Positions 1 to 11,210 of a stretch of DNA of 64,000 bases are shown piece by piece. A program made the translations under genes and the position numbers. A model generated the notes under the pieces. The model did no database searches and was not told the origin of the DNA. It was given only the letters and a program-made list of their open reading frames with translations. How positions within the stretch are numbered: position 1 is the first letter of the stretch; every line of letters begins with the position of its first letter. The stretch comes from Vicinamibacteria bacterium (lineage in GTDB: Bacteria > Acidobacteriota > Vicinamibacteria > Marinacidobacterales > Marinacidobacteraceae), in NCBI GenBank assembly GCA_964291235.2, contig OZ219815.1:1120001-1184000 (forward strand). The letters run 5' to 3'.

Positions 1-371
1 AAGTCGGGCAGTTCGGGGACGTAGCCGCGCACATCCGCATCGAGGTCGAGCTTGCCTTCGGATTCGAGAAGGAGAGCCGCCAGGGCGCCGAACTGCTTGG
101 ATATCGAGGCGATGTCGAAGACCGTTTCCGGCGTGATGGGGACGGCGTGATCGAGGTGGGCGGCGCCGTAGCCGGCGCGGTGGACCACCTCGCCGTTCCA
201 CCGGACTCCCACCGCGGCCCCGGGCCGGTCGCCCTGAAGGTCAGCGAAGATCGCATCGACTTCCGCATTCGTCGGCCCGTCGGATCCGATCGCGGCCGGA
301 CCGCAGGCAGGGAGGATCAGGAGGCTGAGCGCGGCCACGGTGGCGTGCGTGATCGAGGTTCTCCGCTTCAT
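1..371 (-). CDS. Serine hydrolase, beta-lactamase class C/AmpC-like family, lipoprotein; runs off the window edge
   Basis: Hand translation: MKRRTSITHATVAALSLLILPAC...PGAAVGV...GYGAAHLDHAVPITPETVFDIASISKQF...GKLDLDADVRGYVPELP; SxxK motif (SISK); absent from the ORF track because it is truncated. Confidence 0.85.
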   Translation of the reverse strand, partial: MKRRTSITHATVAALSLLILPACGPAAIGSDGPTNAEVDAIFADLQGDRPGAAVGVRWNGEVVHRAGYGAAHLDHAVPITPETVFDIASISKQFGALAALLLESEGKLDLDADVRGYVPELPD

Positions 372-464
372 GGCTTCATTCCCTCTCCGTCAGGTTTTTT
401 CGGTTGGTTTACTGTCTTTCGGACGATTCCCGAAGATACCCCACACAGACGGGAGGATGACGCG

Positions 465-2387
465 ATGAAGCACTTGGCATGGATGGTCGCCGCCCTCGCG
501 CTGGCGCTCAGCGCGTGCGGCGCTCCGGCGACTGACGTTCCGGACGAAGCCGCGCCCCCGGCGGACGGCGTCTTCGCCACCATCGCCCCGTTCGGGAGCT
601 ACGGCCACGTCCACGGCCCCGACAACGTCGAGGCCATGCGGCCCCGCGTCATGGGGACGCACGGGGTGATCTCCTCCGGGCACTACCTGGCCACGCAGGC
701 CGGGTACGACGTCCTCAAGGCCGGGGGCAACGCCTTCGACGCCGGAGTGACCGCGGGGATGGCGCTCAAGGTGCTGAAGATGGACTACGCGGGCTGGACC
801 GGAGTCGCGCCGCTCATCGTGTACAGCGCCGCCGAGAACCGCGTGCTCACGCGGGTCGGGGCCGGGACCTCGCCCGCGCTCGCCACCCTCGACTACTTCC
901 TCGAACACGGCAAGTCGCCCATCAACAACGCGCTGATTCCTGCGGACGTGGATGTCTGGCTGGCCGCCCTCGACCGTTTCGGGACCCTCAGCTTCAGCGA
1001 GGCCGCGGCGCCGGCGCTCCGCATCGCGGAGGAGGGCTATCACCTATACAAGATGCAGAAGCGGATGATCGAGGATCACCAGGACGGGATCCTCGCCTTT
1101 CCCTACAACCGCGACTTCTGGTTCCCGAACGGAGTCGGCGAGCAGCGTCTCGGCGACCTCATGGTGAACGCCGATCTGGGACGGCTCATCCGCTACCTGA
1201 TGGAGGCCGAGCGGCAGGCGCTGGCGGCGGGAGCAAGCCGTTCCGAAGGGATCCGCGCCGCCCGGGACGCCTTCTACAAGGGCGATCCGGCGCGCGACGT
1301 GGACCGCTTCTTCCGGGAGCAGGGAGGCATCGTCCGCTACGAGGACCTGGCGGGATACGAGAGTCGCTGGGAGGAGCCGCTCGGAACCAGCTTCCACGGC
1401 TACGACGTCCACACCGGCGCCGGATGGAGCCAGGGGCCGCGCATCATCCTGATGCTCAACATGCTGGAGAACTACGATCTGCGCGCCCTCGGCTACAACA
1501 CGCCGGACTACATCCACCTCGTCTCGCAGGTGATCAACCTGGCGATGGCGGACGCCCACAAGTACGTCGCGGATCCGGATTTCGCGCCTCCTCCGGAGAA
1601 CCTCTACGGCAAGGCGTACGCGCGCGAGCGCATCGGGCTCATCGACGAGGCGAGCGCGTTTGAGGACATGCCGCCGTGGGGCGATCCCGAGCGGATGGCG
1701 GCGGTGGCGGACGACGCGCCGGAGAGCTTCGTGGCGCCGCTCTCGACGGACGCCGCCGCGGGCCGCCCGGGGTCGGACGACGCCGATCACGCAGCCAACT
1801 ACGGTGATACCTCCTCCCTGAATGTCATGGACGGGGAGGGAAACGTGTTTTCGTTCACCGAGAGCGACGGCCATACCTCCACTCCCATGATCCCGGGATG
1901 GGGATTCGGGCTGGGCGGCCGCATGTACCAGTTCAACCTGGACCCGGAGCTGGCCAACGTGATGGCGCCCGGGAAGCGCCCCCGCAACACCAACTCGCCC
2001 CTGCTGGTGATGAGGGACGGCCAGCCGGTCATGGGTCTCTCCACTCCCGGCGGCGACCAGCAGTTGCAGTCTCTCCTCCAGGTCTTCCTGAACGTGGTGG
2101 TGTGGGGGATGTCCCCGGAGCAGGCCCTGGACCAGCCCCGTTTTGGCAGCTACAACTTCCCGGGCACGGGAAGCGAGGTGAACGACAATCCGGCCGTCCT
2201 CAACGTGGAGGACCGGATCCCGGCGGAGACGGTAGAAGCGCTGCGCGCCATGGGCCACGACGTGCGCCCGTGGGGTCTTTGGAACTGGCGCGCGTGCGCT
2301 CCCACGGTGACCTGGCGCGACCCGGCAACGGGGTTGATGATCGCGGCCGGGGACGTGCGCCGGGAGACCGCATCGCTCGGATTCTGA
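465..2387 (+). CDS. ggt: Gamma-glutamyltransferase family Ntn-hydrolase, lipoprotein
   Basis: GGNAFDA, nucleophile Thr in GDTSSLNVMD, APGKRP and TPGGDQQ motifs; GGAGG RBS before ATG 465; lipobox LSAC. Confidence 0.85.
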   Translation: MKHLAWMVAALALALSACGAPATDVPDEAAPPADGVFATIAPFGSYGHVHGPDNVEAMRPRVMGTHGVISSGHYLATQAGYDVLKAGGNAFDAGVTAGMALKVLKMDYAGWTGVAPLIVYSAAENRVLTRVGAGTSPALATLDYFLEHGKSPINNALIPADVDVWLAALDRFGTLSFSEAAAPALRIAEEGYHLYKMQKRMIEDHQDGILAFPYNRDFWFPNGVGEQRLGDLMVNADLGRLIRYLMEAERQALAAGASRSEGIRAARDAFYKGDPARDVDRFFREQGGIVRYEDLAGYESRWEEPLGTSFHGYDVHTGAGWSQGPRIILMLNMLENYDLRALGYNTPDYIHLVSQVINLAMADAHKYVADPDFAPPPENLYGKAYARERIGLIDEASAFEDMPPWGDPERMAAVADDAPESFVAPLSTDAAAGRPGSDDADHAANYGDTSSLNVMDGEGNVFSFTESDGHTSTPMIPGWGFGLGGRMYQFNLDPELANVMAPGKRPRNTNSPLLVMRDGQPVMGLSTPGGDQQLQSLLQVFLNVVVWGMSPEQALDQPRFGSYNFPGTGSEVNDNPAVLNVEDRIPAETVEALRAMGHDVRPWGLWNWRACAPTVTWRDPATGLMIAAGDVRRETASLGF

Positions 2388-2442
2388 CCGGCAGCATCGG
2401 GGCCTGCGAACAACCGTTGCCTGCGGCTAGTCTCTCCGTCTC

Positions 2443-4230
2443 ATGAGCCCTCCCGGGAGCCTCTTCGGCCCCCCGCCCGCGCCCGATCCGGCGCCGTCCA
2501 CGAGCGACGCCCAGCCCACGACAACAGAAGCCCCCGCGGCAACGGAACCCCCCGCCGGGGCGGACGTTCCGGCCGCGGCCGAAGCTGCGCTGGCGGCAGA
2601 AGTCCCCGCAGAGCCGGAAGTCCCAGCCGCGCCGGAAATCCCAGCCGCGCCGGAAATCCCTGCGGCGCCGGACATCGCCGTCGCGCCGGAAGTTGCCGCC
2701 GCGCTGGAAGCCGAGGTCACCAGCGGGGCCGCGGAACAGCTCTCCGAGGACCCGCCCGCCGCGGTTGAGGCGCCGGGTGAGCCGCCCGTTTCCGGGCCCG
2801 CGGGCGAGGCCGCCGAAACGCCGGTCGCCACGGCCGGCGATGACTACCAGGTGCTGGCGCTCCGCTACCGCCCCCAGACCTTCGCGGATCTGGTGGGCCA
2901 GGAGGCGATCGCCCGCACCCTCCAGAACGCGATCCGGAAGAGCCGCGTCTCGCACGCGTTCCTGTTCGCCGGACCCCGCGGGGTGGGGAAGACCACCACC
3001 GCCCGGATTCTTGCGAAGGCGCTGAACTGTTCGGCTACCGAAGGGCCGAATGCGGAGCCCTGCGGGACGTGTCCTTCCTGCCGTGAGATTGCCGGTGGGT
3101 TTTCGCGGGACGTGCCCGAGATCGACGGCGCCAGCAACAACAGCGTGGAAAAGGCGCGCGAGATCATCGAGACGGCGCACTACACCCCGGCGCGCGACCG
3201 CTTCAAGATCTTCCTGGTGGACGAGGTCCACATGCTGAGCGGGGGCGCCTTCAATGCGCTCCTCAAGACGCTCGAGGAACCGCCCCCGCACGTGAAGTTC
3301 ATCTTCGCGACCACGGAGATCCACCGGATTCCGGACACCATCCTTTCGCGCTGCCAGCAGTTCGACTTCCGCGCCGTCACCCAGCGGGCCGTGGTCGAGC
3401 GGCTGCGCCATGTCGTGGAGGACCAGGGTTTTGAGGTCGCCCCGGAGGCGCTGTCCCAGATCGCCCGGTTCGGGCAGGGAAGCCTCCGGGATGCGCTCTC
3501 GGCGCTCGACCAGGTGATCGCGGCGGTGGACGGAGCCGTCACTGCCGGGGACGTGAGCGAAGTGATCGGGGTCCCCGACGTGCAGATCTGCCGGCGCGCG
3601 GGCGTCGCCATTGTCGAAGGCGACCGCCGGGCGGTCTTCGAGATCGTCGAGGAACTGGTCAGCGAGGGCCGGGACCTGAAGCACTTCGTGACCCTGCTCA
3701 TGCACTACCTGCGGGACCTGACCGTGGTGCGCGTGGCGCCCGACCGGGCCGACCTGCTGGAGTGGCCGCAGGAACGGGATCGGCTCGCGGAGTTCGCCGG
3801 CCGGTTCAGCGAGGAGGACCTGCTCAGGAGCCTCGATGTCCTCACGAAGATCGAGGAGGGACTGCGGTGGTCCCCCGAGCCTCGGTTCCACCTGGAAATG
3901 GCTCTTCTGAGGCTCGTCGAAATGCCGCGCCTGGCGGCGTTCGACCGTCTCCTGGCGCAGATGGACCAGCCCGGGGCCAAACCCGCGGCGCCTGCCGCGA
4001 CCGGCGCGTCCCCGACCGCCGTGAGCGGCGCATCCCCGCCCGCGACGCCTCCTCCGGCTCCCGATCCGCCGGATTCCCCTCCGGCTTCCGCGGAACCAAC
4101 CGCGGAGGACGGCGGCAACCTGCTCCTGGATCCGCCCCGGGTGGTGAAGGATTACCAGGAGACTTTTGGAGGCACTATCGTTTCGGTGAAAGCCCTGCCG
4201 GGAGAGCCCCCATCGGAATCGGAGTCCTAG
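2443..4230 (+). CDS. dnaX: DNA polymerase III subunit gamma/tau with a long Pro/Ala/Glu N-terminal extension
   Basis: YQVLALRYRPQTF, Walker A GPRGVGKTT, Zn Cys cluster, DEVHML, SRC motif; synteny with ybaB-recR. Confidence 0.95.
   Translation: MSPPGSLFGPPPAPDPAPSTSDAQPTTTEAPAATEPPAGADVPAAAEAALAAEVPAEPEVPAAPEIPAAPEIPAAPDIAVAPEVAAALEAEVTSGAAEQLSEDPPAAVEAPGEPPVSGPAGEAAETPVATAGDDYQVLALRYRPQTFADLVGQEAIARTLQNAIRKSRVSHAFLFAGPRGVGKTTTARILAKALNCSATEGPNAEPCGTCPSCREIAGGFSRDVPEIDGASNNSVEKAREIIETAHYTPARDRFKIFLVDEVHMLSGGAFNALLKTLEEPPPHVKFIFATTEIHRIPDTILSRCQQFDFRAVTQRAVVERLRHVVEDQGFEVAPEALSQIARFGQGSLRDALSALDQVIAAVDGAVTAGDVSEVIGVPDVQICRRAGVAIVEGDRRAVFEIVEELVSEGRDLKHFVTLLMHYLRDLTVVRVAPDRADLLEWPQERDRLAEFAGRFSEEDLLRSLDVLTKIEEGLRWSPEPRFHLEMALLRLVEMPRLAAFDRLLAQMDQPGAKPAAPAATGASPTAVSGASPPATPPPAPDPPDSPPASAEPTAEDGGNLLLDPPRVVKDYQETFGGTIVSVKALPGEPPSESES
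2613..2700 (+). repeat. About 5 degenerate 18-bp tandem repeats encoding PE(V/I)PAA in the dnaX N-terminus
   Basis: gccggaagtcccagccgc / gccggaaatcccagccgc / gccggaaatccctgcggc / gccggacatcgccgtcgc / gccggaagttgcc. Confidence 0.8.
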
Positions 4231-4302
4231 TCCGAAAGACTCTCCCCAAGTGTTCATTGTCGCCCGGGACGGGAGTTCCGGTGCGAAGGAGGAAAACGAG
4301 CG

Positions 4303-4605
4303 ATGCTCTCGAAGATTCACCAGGTCACCAAACAGATGGGACAGCTCCGCAAGCTGAAGCGGCAGATCGAGTCTCTCGAAGGTGAAGGAGCTTCCGGCGG
4401 CGGGATGGTCAAGGTGCGGATGAACGGCGCCCGCCAGGTGCGGCGGGTCACGATCGATCCGGACGCCGTGCGTTCGGGCGATGTGGAACTCCTCGAGGAC
4501 CTCGTGAAGGCGGCGGTCAACGACGCCTCCCGGAAGATCGAGCAGCAGATGCAGGAGAGGATCGGCTCGCTCGAAGAACTTGGACAACTCACCGGCGGTC
4601 GATGA
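4303..4605 (+). CDS. ybaB: YbaB/EbfC nucleoid-associated protein
   Basis: EGASGGGMVKV, ELLEDLVKAAVNDA; AGGAGG RBS; lies between dnaX and recR. Confidence 0.93.
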   Translation: MLSKIHQVTKQMGQLRKLKRQIESLEGEGASGGGMVKVRMNGARQVRRVTIDPDAVRSGDVELLEDLVKAAVNDASRKIEQQMQERIGSLEELGQLTGGR

Positions 4606-5201
4606 GCGGGCTGCCGGAACCGCTTTCAAGACTCATCGGTGAGCTGAAGCGTCTCCCCGGGATCGGGGAGAAGTCCGCGCAGCGAATCGCCTTCCACCTG
4701 CTGCAGGGGGCACGGGACCGCGCCGCGGCTCTGGGGACGGCGGCGTCCACCCTGCACGACCAGGTGTCCCGGTGCCGGGTTTGCGGCAACTTCACCGACG
4801 CGCAGCCCTGCGGCTTTTGCCGGAATCCAGGCCGGGCCGACACGATGCTCTGCGTCGTCGAGGATCCGGCAGACATCGCGGCGATCGAAAAGGCGAAGAT
4901 CTTCAACGGCCGCTACCACGTGCTGGGCAGGATGGCTTTCCCCCCCCAGGGAGACCCGGTGGAAGAGCGCAGCCTGGCCAGCCTGCTGGAGCGCGTCCGG
5001 GAAGGCCGCTTCGAAGAGGTCATCGTGGCCACGAATCCCACCCACGACGGGGAGGCGGCCGCCGCCTGGCTGGCGCATCTGTTGAAACCTCACGACATTC
5101 GGGTGACTCGCATCGGAATCGGCATCCCGATGGGAAGCGAACTGGTCCACACCGACGAGACCACCATGGCGGAGGCCCTCCAGCACCGGAGCACCCTCTG
5201 A
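4602..5201 (+). CDS. recR: Recombination mediator RecR
   Basis: LPGIGEKSAQR HhH, CxxC...CxxC zinc finger, Toprim CVVE, ATNPT; ATGA overlap with ybaB. Confidence 0.95.
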   Translation: MSGLPEPLSRLIGELKRLPGIGEKSAQRIAFHLLQGARDRAAALGTAASTLHDQVSRCRVCGNFTDAQPCGFCRNPGRADTMLCVVEDPADIAAIEKAKIFNGRYHVLGRMAFPPQGDPVEERSLASLLERVREGRFEEVIVATNPTHDGEAAAAWLAHLLKPHDIRVTRIGIGIPMGSELVHTDETTMAEALQHRSTL

Positions 5202-5339
5202 GGCGTGCGGACCGGCCCGGCGCCGCCGGGATCAGCTTCTTGCCCCGTTCGCGGACCCGCGTGGTTTGCGTTCTGCCTGGGAGGCTTGGAGGCTGGCGTT
5301 CGCTTTCGTTTCGGCTGCGCTCGCGGTTGAGGGGTGCGG

Positions 5340-5386
5340 TTTCGACCGCCTCTCGGCGGTCGATGCCGGCTGGAAGCCGGCGCTCC
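5340..5386 (-). repeat. REP-like two-hairpin element
   Basis: Reverse complement reads GGAGCGCCGGCTTCCAGCCGGCA + TCGACCGCC-GAGA-GGCGGTCGA + AA; same core as the copies at 13095 and 13336. Confidence 0.8.
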
Positions 5387-5437
5387 TACGCGCGATGCGT
5401 CGCCGGCCGCCAGCCGGGTTTCGGGGGTTCGGCGGGC

Positions 5438-5446
5438 TGCTAAACT
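5438..5446 (+). promoter_or_regulatory. Extended -10 element for the tRNA
   Basis: TGcTAAACT about 28 nt upstream of the mature tRNA 5' end. Confidence 0.5.
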
Positions 5447-5474
5447 CAGCCGCCTTTCGTGAGTGCCTTTCGAA

Positions 5475-5549
5475 TCCACGGTAGCTCAATGGCAGAGCAG
5501 CGGACTGTTAATCCGTTGGTTGTAGGTTCAAGTCCTACCCGTGGAGCCA
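5475..5549 (+). tRNA. tRNA-Asn (GTT)
   Basis: Acceptor stem TCCACGG/CCGTGGA, D-arm GCTC-AATGGCA-GAGC, anticodon arm GCGGA-CTGTTAA-TCCGT, T-arm GTAGG-TTCAAGT-CCTAC, encoded CCA. Confidence 0.98.
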
Positions 5550-5583
5550 GGCGCTCCGCTATTCGACCGGGAGGTTGGTCGGA

Positions 5584-6591
5584 ATGCTGAGGGCGCTCTT
5601 GCTGGGGCTGGTGTCAGGTCTTCTTGCGCTACCGGCCGGGGCGGATACCCGCCCCGAGCCTGCCGAAAAGCGCAACGTGGTCAGCGAGACCACCCAGGAC
5701 GATGCCGACTCTGACACCCCGGCCTTCGATTTTGACTTCCGGCTCCGCGGGCGGTTCATCGACAACCTCTCGGAGCTCGGCGACATCACGGTCCAGCGCC
5801 TCTCCGTCTGGTCCGACTTCCGGATCGGCGACCGCATCCAGGCCCGCGCCTCCTACGACGTGGGGGAGACCCGGATCCACGACCTCTACGTGCAGTACGA
5901 CCTCGGTGGCGGAGTGCGCCTGCGGGCCGGCCGCAGCGCCCCGCTCTGGATGGCCGAGTACACCGACGCCCCCTTCGCGTTCCAGATGATCGGCGCCGCC
6001 AACGGCGCGGCGCTCACCCAGGTGCGCGAGGTCGGAGTCTTCCTCTTCGTGGACCGCGGCCCCAATAGCGGGAGGTTCCACGTGGTGCAGGGGTCCGGCT
6101 GGGCGGAGGACCCCAACGGGTTCAAGGACGTCATCGCCGGGGTGGGCCGCAGCTTCGACGCCTTCGGGGGACGCTTCAAGCTGGACGTCGGCCACTACGA
6201 GGGACGCGACGGGCCGGACGACAACCTGATCCCGCGGCGCCAGACCGCCGCCCACCTCGACGGCACGATCGGGTCCAACCGGACCTTCCGCAGCGCGGTG
6301 TACCAGCGGGACCAGAACGAGCGGCAGCACGTCGGCGGTTTCGCGCGTTTCCGCCAACGCGTCGCGCCGCGCGTCTGGACGGGAATAGAGCTCGGCGGGG
6401 AATCGAACAACGGCTCCATCGAGGATCCGAGCCACCTGAGCTACGCGCGCATCGGGGTTCGGTATGAGCTGCCCTGGACCCTGACCCACATCGAGGCCGA
6501 CTATCGCCGGCGCATCGGGGCGATCTCGGACAACGAGGTCTTCGTCAACCTCCAGTGGATCCTCGACTTCAAGAATCCGCGGCGGAACTGA
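5584..6591 (+). CDS. Putative outer-membrane porin (OprO/P-like beta-barrel)
   Basis: Signal peptide, alternating amphipathic beta-strands, HDLYVQY...LRAG...P motif, terminal strand VFVNLQW. Confidence 0.6.
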   Translation: MLRALLLGLVSGLLALPAGADTRPEPAEKRNVVSETTQDDADSDTPAFDFDFRLRGRFIDNLSELGDITVQRLSVWSDFRIGDRIQARASYDVGETRIHDLYVQYDLGGGVRLRAGRSAPLWMAEYTDAPFAFQMIGAANGAALTQVREVGVFLFVDRGPNSGRFHVVQGSGWAEDPNGFKDVIAGVGRSFDAFGGRFKLDVGHYEGRDGPDDNLIPRRQTAAHLDGTIGSNRTFRSAVYQRDQNERQHVGGFARFRQRVAPRVWTGIELGGESNNGSIEDPSHLSYARIGVRYELPWTLTHIEADYRRRIGAISDNEVFVNLQWILDFKNPRRN

Positions 6592-8104
6592 CCAATAGCG
6601 GGGCGGCGTAGTCCCGGAAGCCGCCCGCGGCGATCAATGCGGCGACATCGCCGATGTCGCCGGAGAGCGACCGGTCCTCGGTGTAGGGGAGCGAAATACC
6701 CCGCACGGCGCCGAGCGCTTCCTCGATCGCCCCGGAACTTCGCGCGGGACGGTGGAATTCGATTCCCTGCACCGCCGCGAGCAGCTCGATGGCGACGATG
6801 TGCTCGAGGTTGTCGAGCATGTCGTGAAGCCTCCGGGCTCCGTGGGTCGCCATGCTGACGTGGTCCTCCTGGTTGGCGGAGGTGGGAATGCTGTCCACGC
6901 TGGCCGGGTGCGCGAGCCCCTTGTTCTCGGAAGTGAGCGCGGCCGCGGTGATCCCCGCCATCATGAAACCGCTGTTCAGGCCGCTGTCCTGGACGAGGAA
7001 GGCCGGCAGTCGGCTGAGATGCGGGTCCACCAGCAGTGCGGTCCGCCGCTCGGAGAGCGATCCGATCTCGGCGACGGCGAGCGCCAGGATGTCCGCCGCG
7101 AAAGCCACCGGTTCGGCGTGGAAGTTACCCCCCGAGAGGACCTCCCCCGAGTCGGGAAACACCAGGGGGTTGTCCGTCACCGCGTTCGCCTCGGTCTCGA
7201 GAAGGGTTTCGGCGTGGCGCACCAGGTCGAGGCAGGCGCCCATCACCTGGGGCTGGCAGCGGATGGAATAGGGATCCTGCACCCGGTCGCAGTCGAGGTG
7301 CGAAGCGCGGATTTCGCTGCCGCGCATCAGTTCCCGGAGGATCCGGGCCACGTCGCCCTGCCCGCGGTGACCCCGCACCTCGTGGATGCGCGGGTCGAAG
7401 GGAATATCGCTGCCCTTGATGGCGTCGGTGGACATCGCGCCGGCGACCAGCGCCGCGGCCAGGACGTTTTCGATCCGGAACACGGCAGCGAGCGCGAGCG
7501 CGGTCGAGACCTGGGTTCCGTTCAGAAGCGCCAGCCCCTCCTTGGGCGCCAGCCGCAGGGGCTCCCACCCGATGCGGCGCAGTGCTTCGGCGCCGCCCAG
7601 CGTCTCTTTACCGATCCGGGCTTCGCCCTCCCCGATCAGTACTCCGGCGAGATGGGCCAGCGGCGCCAGATCCCCCGACGCCCCGACGGAACCCTTGGCG
7701 GGAATGCGGGGACAGACGCCGTGCTCGAGGAGCCCGCCGAGCGCCTGCACGAGTTCCAGCCGGACCCCGGAATAGCCGCGGGCGAGCGCCATCATCTTCA
7801 TCAGGATGACCAGGCGGACGACGCTCTCCCCGAGGTCCTCGCCCACTCCCGCCGAGTGCGAGCGGACGATGTTCTCCTGGAGTTTCCGGAGCTCGGCCTC
7901 GCCGATCCGCACGTGGACAAGGTGGCCGCAACCGGTGTTGACGCCGTAAACGGGACCGCCGGTGGTGATCGCCCGGTCGATCGTGCCCGCCGCGGCGGCG
8001 ATCCGCTCCCGGGCGTCCGCCCCGAGGTGGACCGTGACCCGGCCCAGCCAGGCCGCCCGCAGCGTTTCGAGGGGGACCGGTGCGCCGCCGATGTCGATCC
8101 TCAT
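6569..8104 (-). CDS. hutH: Histidine ammonia-lyase
   Basis: [19 protein letters not shown] (MIO-forming ASG), [17 protein letters not shown]; ATGA overlap with hutU. Confidence 0.96.
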   Translation of the reverse strand: MRIDIGGAPVPLETLRAAWLGRVTVHLGADARERIAAAAGTIDRAITTGGPVYGVNTGCGHLVHVRIGEAELRKLQENIVRSHSAGVGEDLGESVVRLVILMKMMALARGYSGVRLELVQALGGLLEHGVCPRIPAKGSVGASGDLAPLAHLAGVLIGEGEARIGKETLGGAEALRRIGWEPLRLAPKEGLALLNGTQVSTALALAAVFRIENVLAAALVAGAMSTDAIKGSDIPFDPRIHEVRGHRGQGDVARILRELMRGSEIRASHLDCDRVQDPYSIRCQPQVMGACLDLVRHAETLLETEANAVTDNPLVFPDSGEVLSGGNFHAEPVAFAADILALAVAEIGSLSERRTALLVDPHLSRLPAFLVQDSGLNSGFMMAGITAAALTSENKGLAHPASVDSIPTSANQEDHVSMATHGARRLHDMLDNLEHIVAIELLAAVQGIEFHRPARSSGAIEEALGAVRGISLPYTEDRSLSGDIGDVAALIAAGGFRDYAAPLLVSSAADS

Positions 8105-9777
8105 GGGTTGCCGGTTCCGGGAACCATCGGCAGGTTGAGCCCATGCTCGCGAGCGCAGGCGATGGCCTCTTCGTAGCCCGCGTCGGCATGGCGCATGACC
8201 CCCGAGGCCGGGTCGTTCCAGAGGACCCGCTCGATCCGGCGGCTGGCGGCGTCGCTGCCGTCGCAGACGATGACGAACCCCGCGTGCTGCGCGTATCCCA
8301 TCCCCACTCCGCCTCCGTGATGGATGGACACCCAGGTCGCGCCGCCCGCGGTGTTCAGCAGCGCGTTCAGGAACGCCCAGTCCGACACCGCATCGGAGCC
8401 GTCGCGCATCGCCTCGGTCTCGCGGTTCGGGCTCGCCACCGACCCGCTGTCGAGATGGTCGCGCCCGATGACGATGGGCGCTTCGAGTTCCCCCCGCCGG
8501 ACCATCTCGTTGAACGCGAGCCCCAGCCGGTGACGCTGGCCGAGCCCAACCCAGCAGATGCGCGCCGGCAGTCCCTGGAACCGGATCTGCTCGCGCGCCG
8601 CGTCGAGCCAGTTGTGGAGATGGGGGTCGTCCGGGATCAGTTCCTTGACCCGGGCATCGGTCCGGTAGATGTCTTCGGGGTTTCCGGAGAGCGCCACCCA
8701 GCGGAACGGTCCCACCCCGCGGCAGAACAGGGGACGCACATAGGCGGGCACGAACCCCGGGAAGGCGAACGCGCGGTCCACGCCCGCGCCGAGCGCTTCC
8801 TGCCGGATGTTGTTGCCGTAGTCGAAGGTGGGCACGCCGGCGTCGTGGAAGCCGAGCATGGCGCGGACGTGGTCGGCGATGGATCGGACCGCCGCGGCCG
8901 CGACGGCGTCGGGTTCGGTGGCCCGGCGCGCCTGCCATTCCTCGACGCTCCAGCCGATCGGCAGGTACCCGTTCGCGGGGTCGTGCGCCGAGGTCTGGTC
9001 GGTCAGGGCGTCGGGACGGACGCCGCAGGCGAGGAGTTCGGGAAGGATCTCGGCGGCGTTGCCGAGCAGGCCCACGGTCATCGGCGTGCGGGCCCGAACC
9101 GATCCCTCGATCAGGGAAAGGGCCTCATCCACCGTCGCCGCCCGGGTGTCGAGGTATCCCGACGCGAGCCGCCGTTCGATCCGGTCGGCCTGGCACTCGA
9201 TCGCCAGGAGCGAGGCGCCCGCCATCTTCGCCGCCAGCGGCTGGGCGCCGCCCATTCCGCCCAGTCCGGCGGTCAGGATCCAGCGCCCGGAAAGGTCGCC
9301 GCCGTAGTGCTGGCGGCCCATCTCCACGAATGTCTCGTAGGTGCCCTGGACGATGCCCTGACTGCCGATGTAGATCCACGAACCGGCCGTCATCTGGCCG
9401 AACATCATCAGGCCCTTGCGGTCGAGTTCGCGGAAGTGCTCCCAGTTCGCCCAGGCCGGAACGAGGTTGGAGTTGGCGATGAGCACTCGCGGCGCCTCGG
9501 AATGGGTCCGGAAGACCCCGACCGGCTTTCCGGACTGGACGACCAGCGTTTCGTCCGCCTCGAGGTCCCGGAGCGCCGCGACGATCGCTTCGTAAGCCTC
9601 CCAGTTCCGGGCCGCCTTGCCGATCCCTCCGTAAACCACGAGGTCCTCCGGCCGCTCCGCGACCTCCGGATCGAGGTTGTTCATCAGCATCCGCAGCGGC
9701 GCCTCGGTGAGCCAGCTCTTCGCGGAGATGAGGGGGCCGGTGGGGGCCTTGATGGTTGGGGTCCGGACGGTTCTCAT
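8101..9777 (-). CDS. hutU: Urocanate hydratase
   Basis: [47 protein letters not shown]. Confidence 0.98.
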   Translation of the reverse strand: MRTVRTPTIKAPTGPLISAKSWLTEAPLRMLMNNLDPEVAERPEDLVVYGGIGKAARNWEAYEAIVAALRDLEADETLVVQSGKPVGVFRTHSEAPRVLIANSNLVPAWANWEHFRELDRKGLMMFGQMTAGSWIYIGSQGIVQGTYETFVEMGRQHYGGDLSGRWILTAGLGGMGGAQPLAAKMAGASLLAIECQADRIERRLASGYLDTRAATVDEALSLIEGSVRARTPMTVGLLGNAAEILPELLACGVRPDALTDQTSAHDPANGYLPIGWSVEEWQARRATEPDAVAAAAVRSIADHVRAMLGFHDAGVPTFDYGNNIRQEALGAGVDRAFAFPGFVPAYVRPLFCRGVGPFRWVALSGNPEDIYRTDARVKELIPDDPHLHNWLDAAREQIRFQGLPARICWVGLGQRHRLGLAFNEMVRRGELEAPIVIGRDHLDSGSVASPNRETEAMRDGSDAVSDWAFLNALLNTAGGATWVSIHHGGGVGMGYAQHAGFVIVCDGSDAASRRIERVLWNDPASGVMRHADAGYEEAIACAREHGLNLPMVPGTGNP

Positions 9778-9797
9778 GGGGGCCTTCCCGGTGGGGG

Positions 9798-11165
9798 TCA
9801 GTGCGTGGACCGCTTCCCCAGGGTTGCGATCGCGCTCGCGAAGTCCTTGGCGGCAGCGGCGCTATCCCGGTGCCGGCCTTCCACCACCTTCCATTCACCC
9901 TGAACCATGACGCTCGTGATCGGTACCCGAACGCCCGAGAATACCAGCGCGTCCAGCAGGGTAGTGGGGCCGTGTCCGACCAGCATCGGGTCCTCCGGAT
10001 CGAGCACCACGAGGTCGGCGGGCGCCCCGCGGGCCAGGCCGAACGGGCCCTCTCCGCTCGCCTGGGCGCCGCCCGCGAGAACCCTCTCGAAGAGTTCGTG
10101 TCCCACGTGCGGCCGCTCGATGGAGGCTACGTTGCGGGACTCCGAGCGGAGCCGTTGCCCGTACTCGAGCCAGCGGAGTTCCTCGAACGGGTTGATGGTC
10201 GCCTGACTGTCGGAGCCGATCGCGATCCTTCCTTCCCGGCGAAGAAAACGCTCCAGCGGGAACAGGCCGTCGCCGAGATTGCCCTCGGTGCTGGGACACA
10301 GACAGACGACCGCTTCGGAAGCCGCGAGGTCACCGGTTTCTTCTTCGTCCAGATGGGTCGCGTGGACCAGGCACCAACGGCTTCCGACATCGAAGCGGTC
10401 GAGCAGCCAGCGGACCGGGCGGGCCCCGTGGGTGGCGAGGCAATCCTCGACCTCGGCCCGCTGCTCCGCGATGTGGAGATGTATCGGCGCCCCGCTCTCG
10501 GCGGCCCGGGCGGCGACCCGCCGGAGCGACGGCTCGCTGACGGCGCGCAGGCTGTGCGCGCCGATCCCGACGCTGATTCCTTCGGAGGCCGAAGCGGCGG
10601 CACGCTCCTGATGGGCCAGATAGCTCTCCACGTCCATCGCGAACCGGCGCTGCCGCCGCTCGGGAGCCGGACGATCGAACCCGGCCCGCTCGTAGAGCAC
10701 CGGGACATAGATGAGCCGGATACCGCTCTCCCGGGCCGCCTGGCAGAGCGCCCGGAACATGGTGTCTCCGTCTCCGTTTCCCGCGCGGTCGCGGAACAGG
10801 TAGTGGAACTCGACAACGGAGGTGTAACCGGCCGCGAGCATTTCCCCATACGCCTGCCGGGCGACGGCGGTGAGGACGGCGGCATCGAGCCTGCCGGTGA
10901 GCTGGTACATGCGCTCGCGCCAGGTCCAGAACGAGTCGCGCCCGGCAGCCGAGCGATGTTCGGTCCGCCCGGCCAGCGCCCGCTGAAAGGCGTGGCTGTG
11001 GGCGTTCGTGAGACCGGGGATCACGATCCCGGCTTCCACGTCCGGGGGCGCGGATGACGGCTCGCCAAACGAGATATCCGCGAACCTTCCCTCGCGAATG
11101 ACGAGCGTGACGCCGTCCGCCCACCCCGAGTTCAAGAGCGCGCGACGCGCCAGAATCCGAATCAC
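9798..11165 (-). CDS. hutF: Formimidoylglutamate deiminase
   Basis: [46 protein letters not shown]; GTG start inferred. Confidence 0.93.
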   Translation of the reverse strand: MIRILARRALLNSGWADGVTLVIREGRFADISFGEPSSAPPDVEAGIVIPGLTNAHSHAFQRALAGRTEHRSAAGRDSFWTWRERMYQLTGRLDAAVLTAVARQAYGEMLAAGYTSVVEFHYLFRDRAGNGDGDTMFRALCQAARESGIRLIYVPVLYERAGFDRPAPERRQRRFAMDVESYLAHQERAAASASEGISVGIGAHSLRAVSEPSLRRVAARAAESGAPIHLHIAEQRAEVEDCLATHGARPVRWLLDRFDVGSRWCLVHATHLDEEETGDLAASEAVVCLCPSTEGNLGDGLFPLERFLRREGRIAIGSDSQATINPFEELRWLEYGQRLRSESRNVASIERPHVGHELFERVLAGGAQASGEGPFGLARGAPADLVVLDPEDPMLVGHGPTTLLDALVFSGVRVPITSVMVQGEWKVVEGRHRDSAAAAKDFASAIATLGKRSTH

Positions 11166-11210
11166 TGCTTCGGCCACACGGTATTGTCGAACCGCCCTCC
11201 ATCGCAAACC

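Noticed and set aside
2443-4230. Programmed -1 frameshift in dnaX
   Set aside because: No A AAA AAG slippery site or poly-A run seen
2200-4629. 809-aa minus-strand ORF and similar long ORFs (17385-20792 -, 55287-58169 +, 46673-48826 +, 48965-50779 +)
   Set aside because: Antisense shadows of well-supported genes, expected at high GC; no motifs
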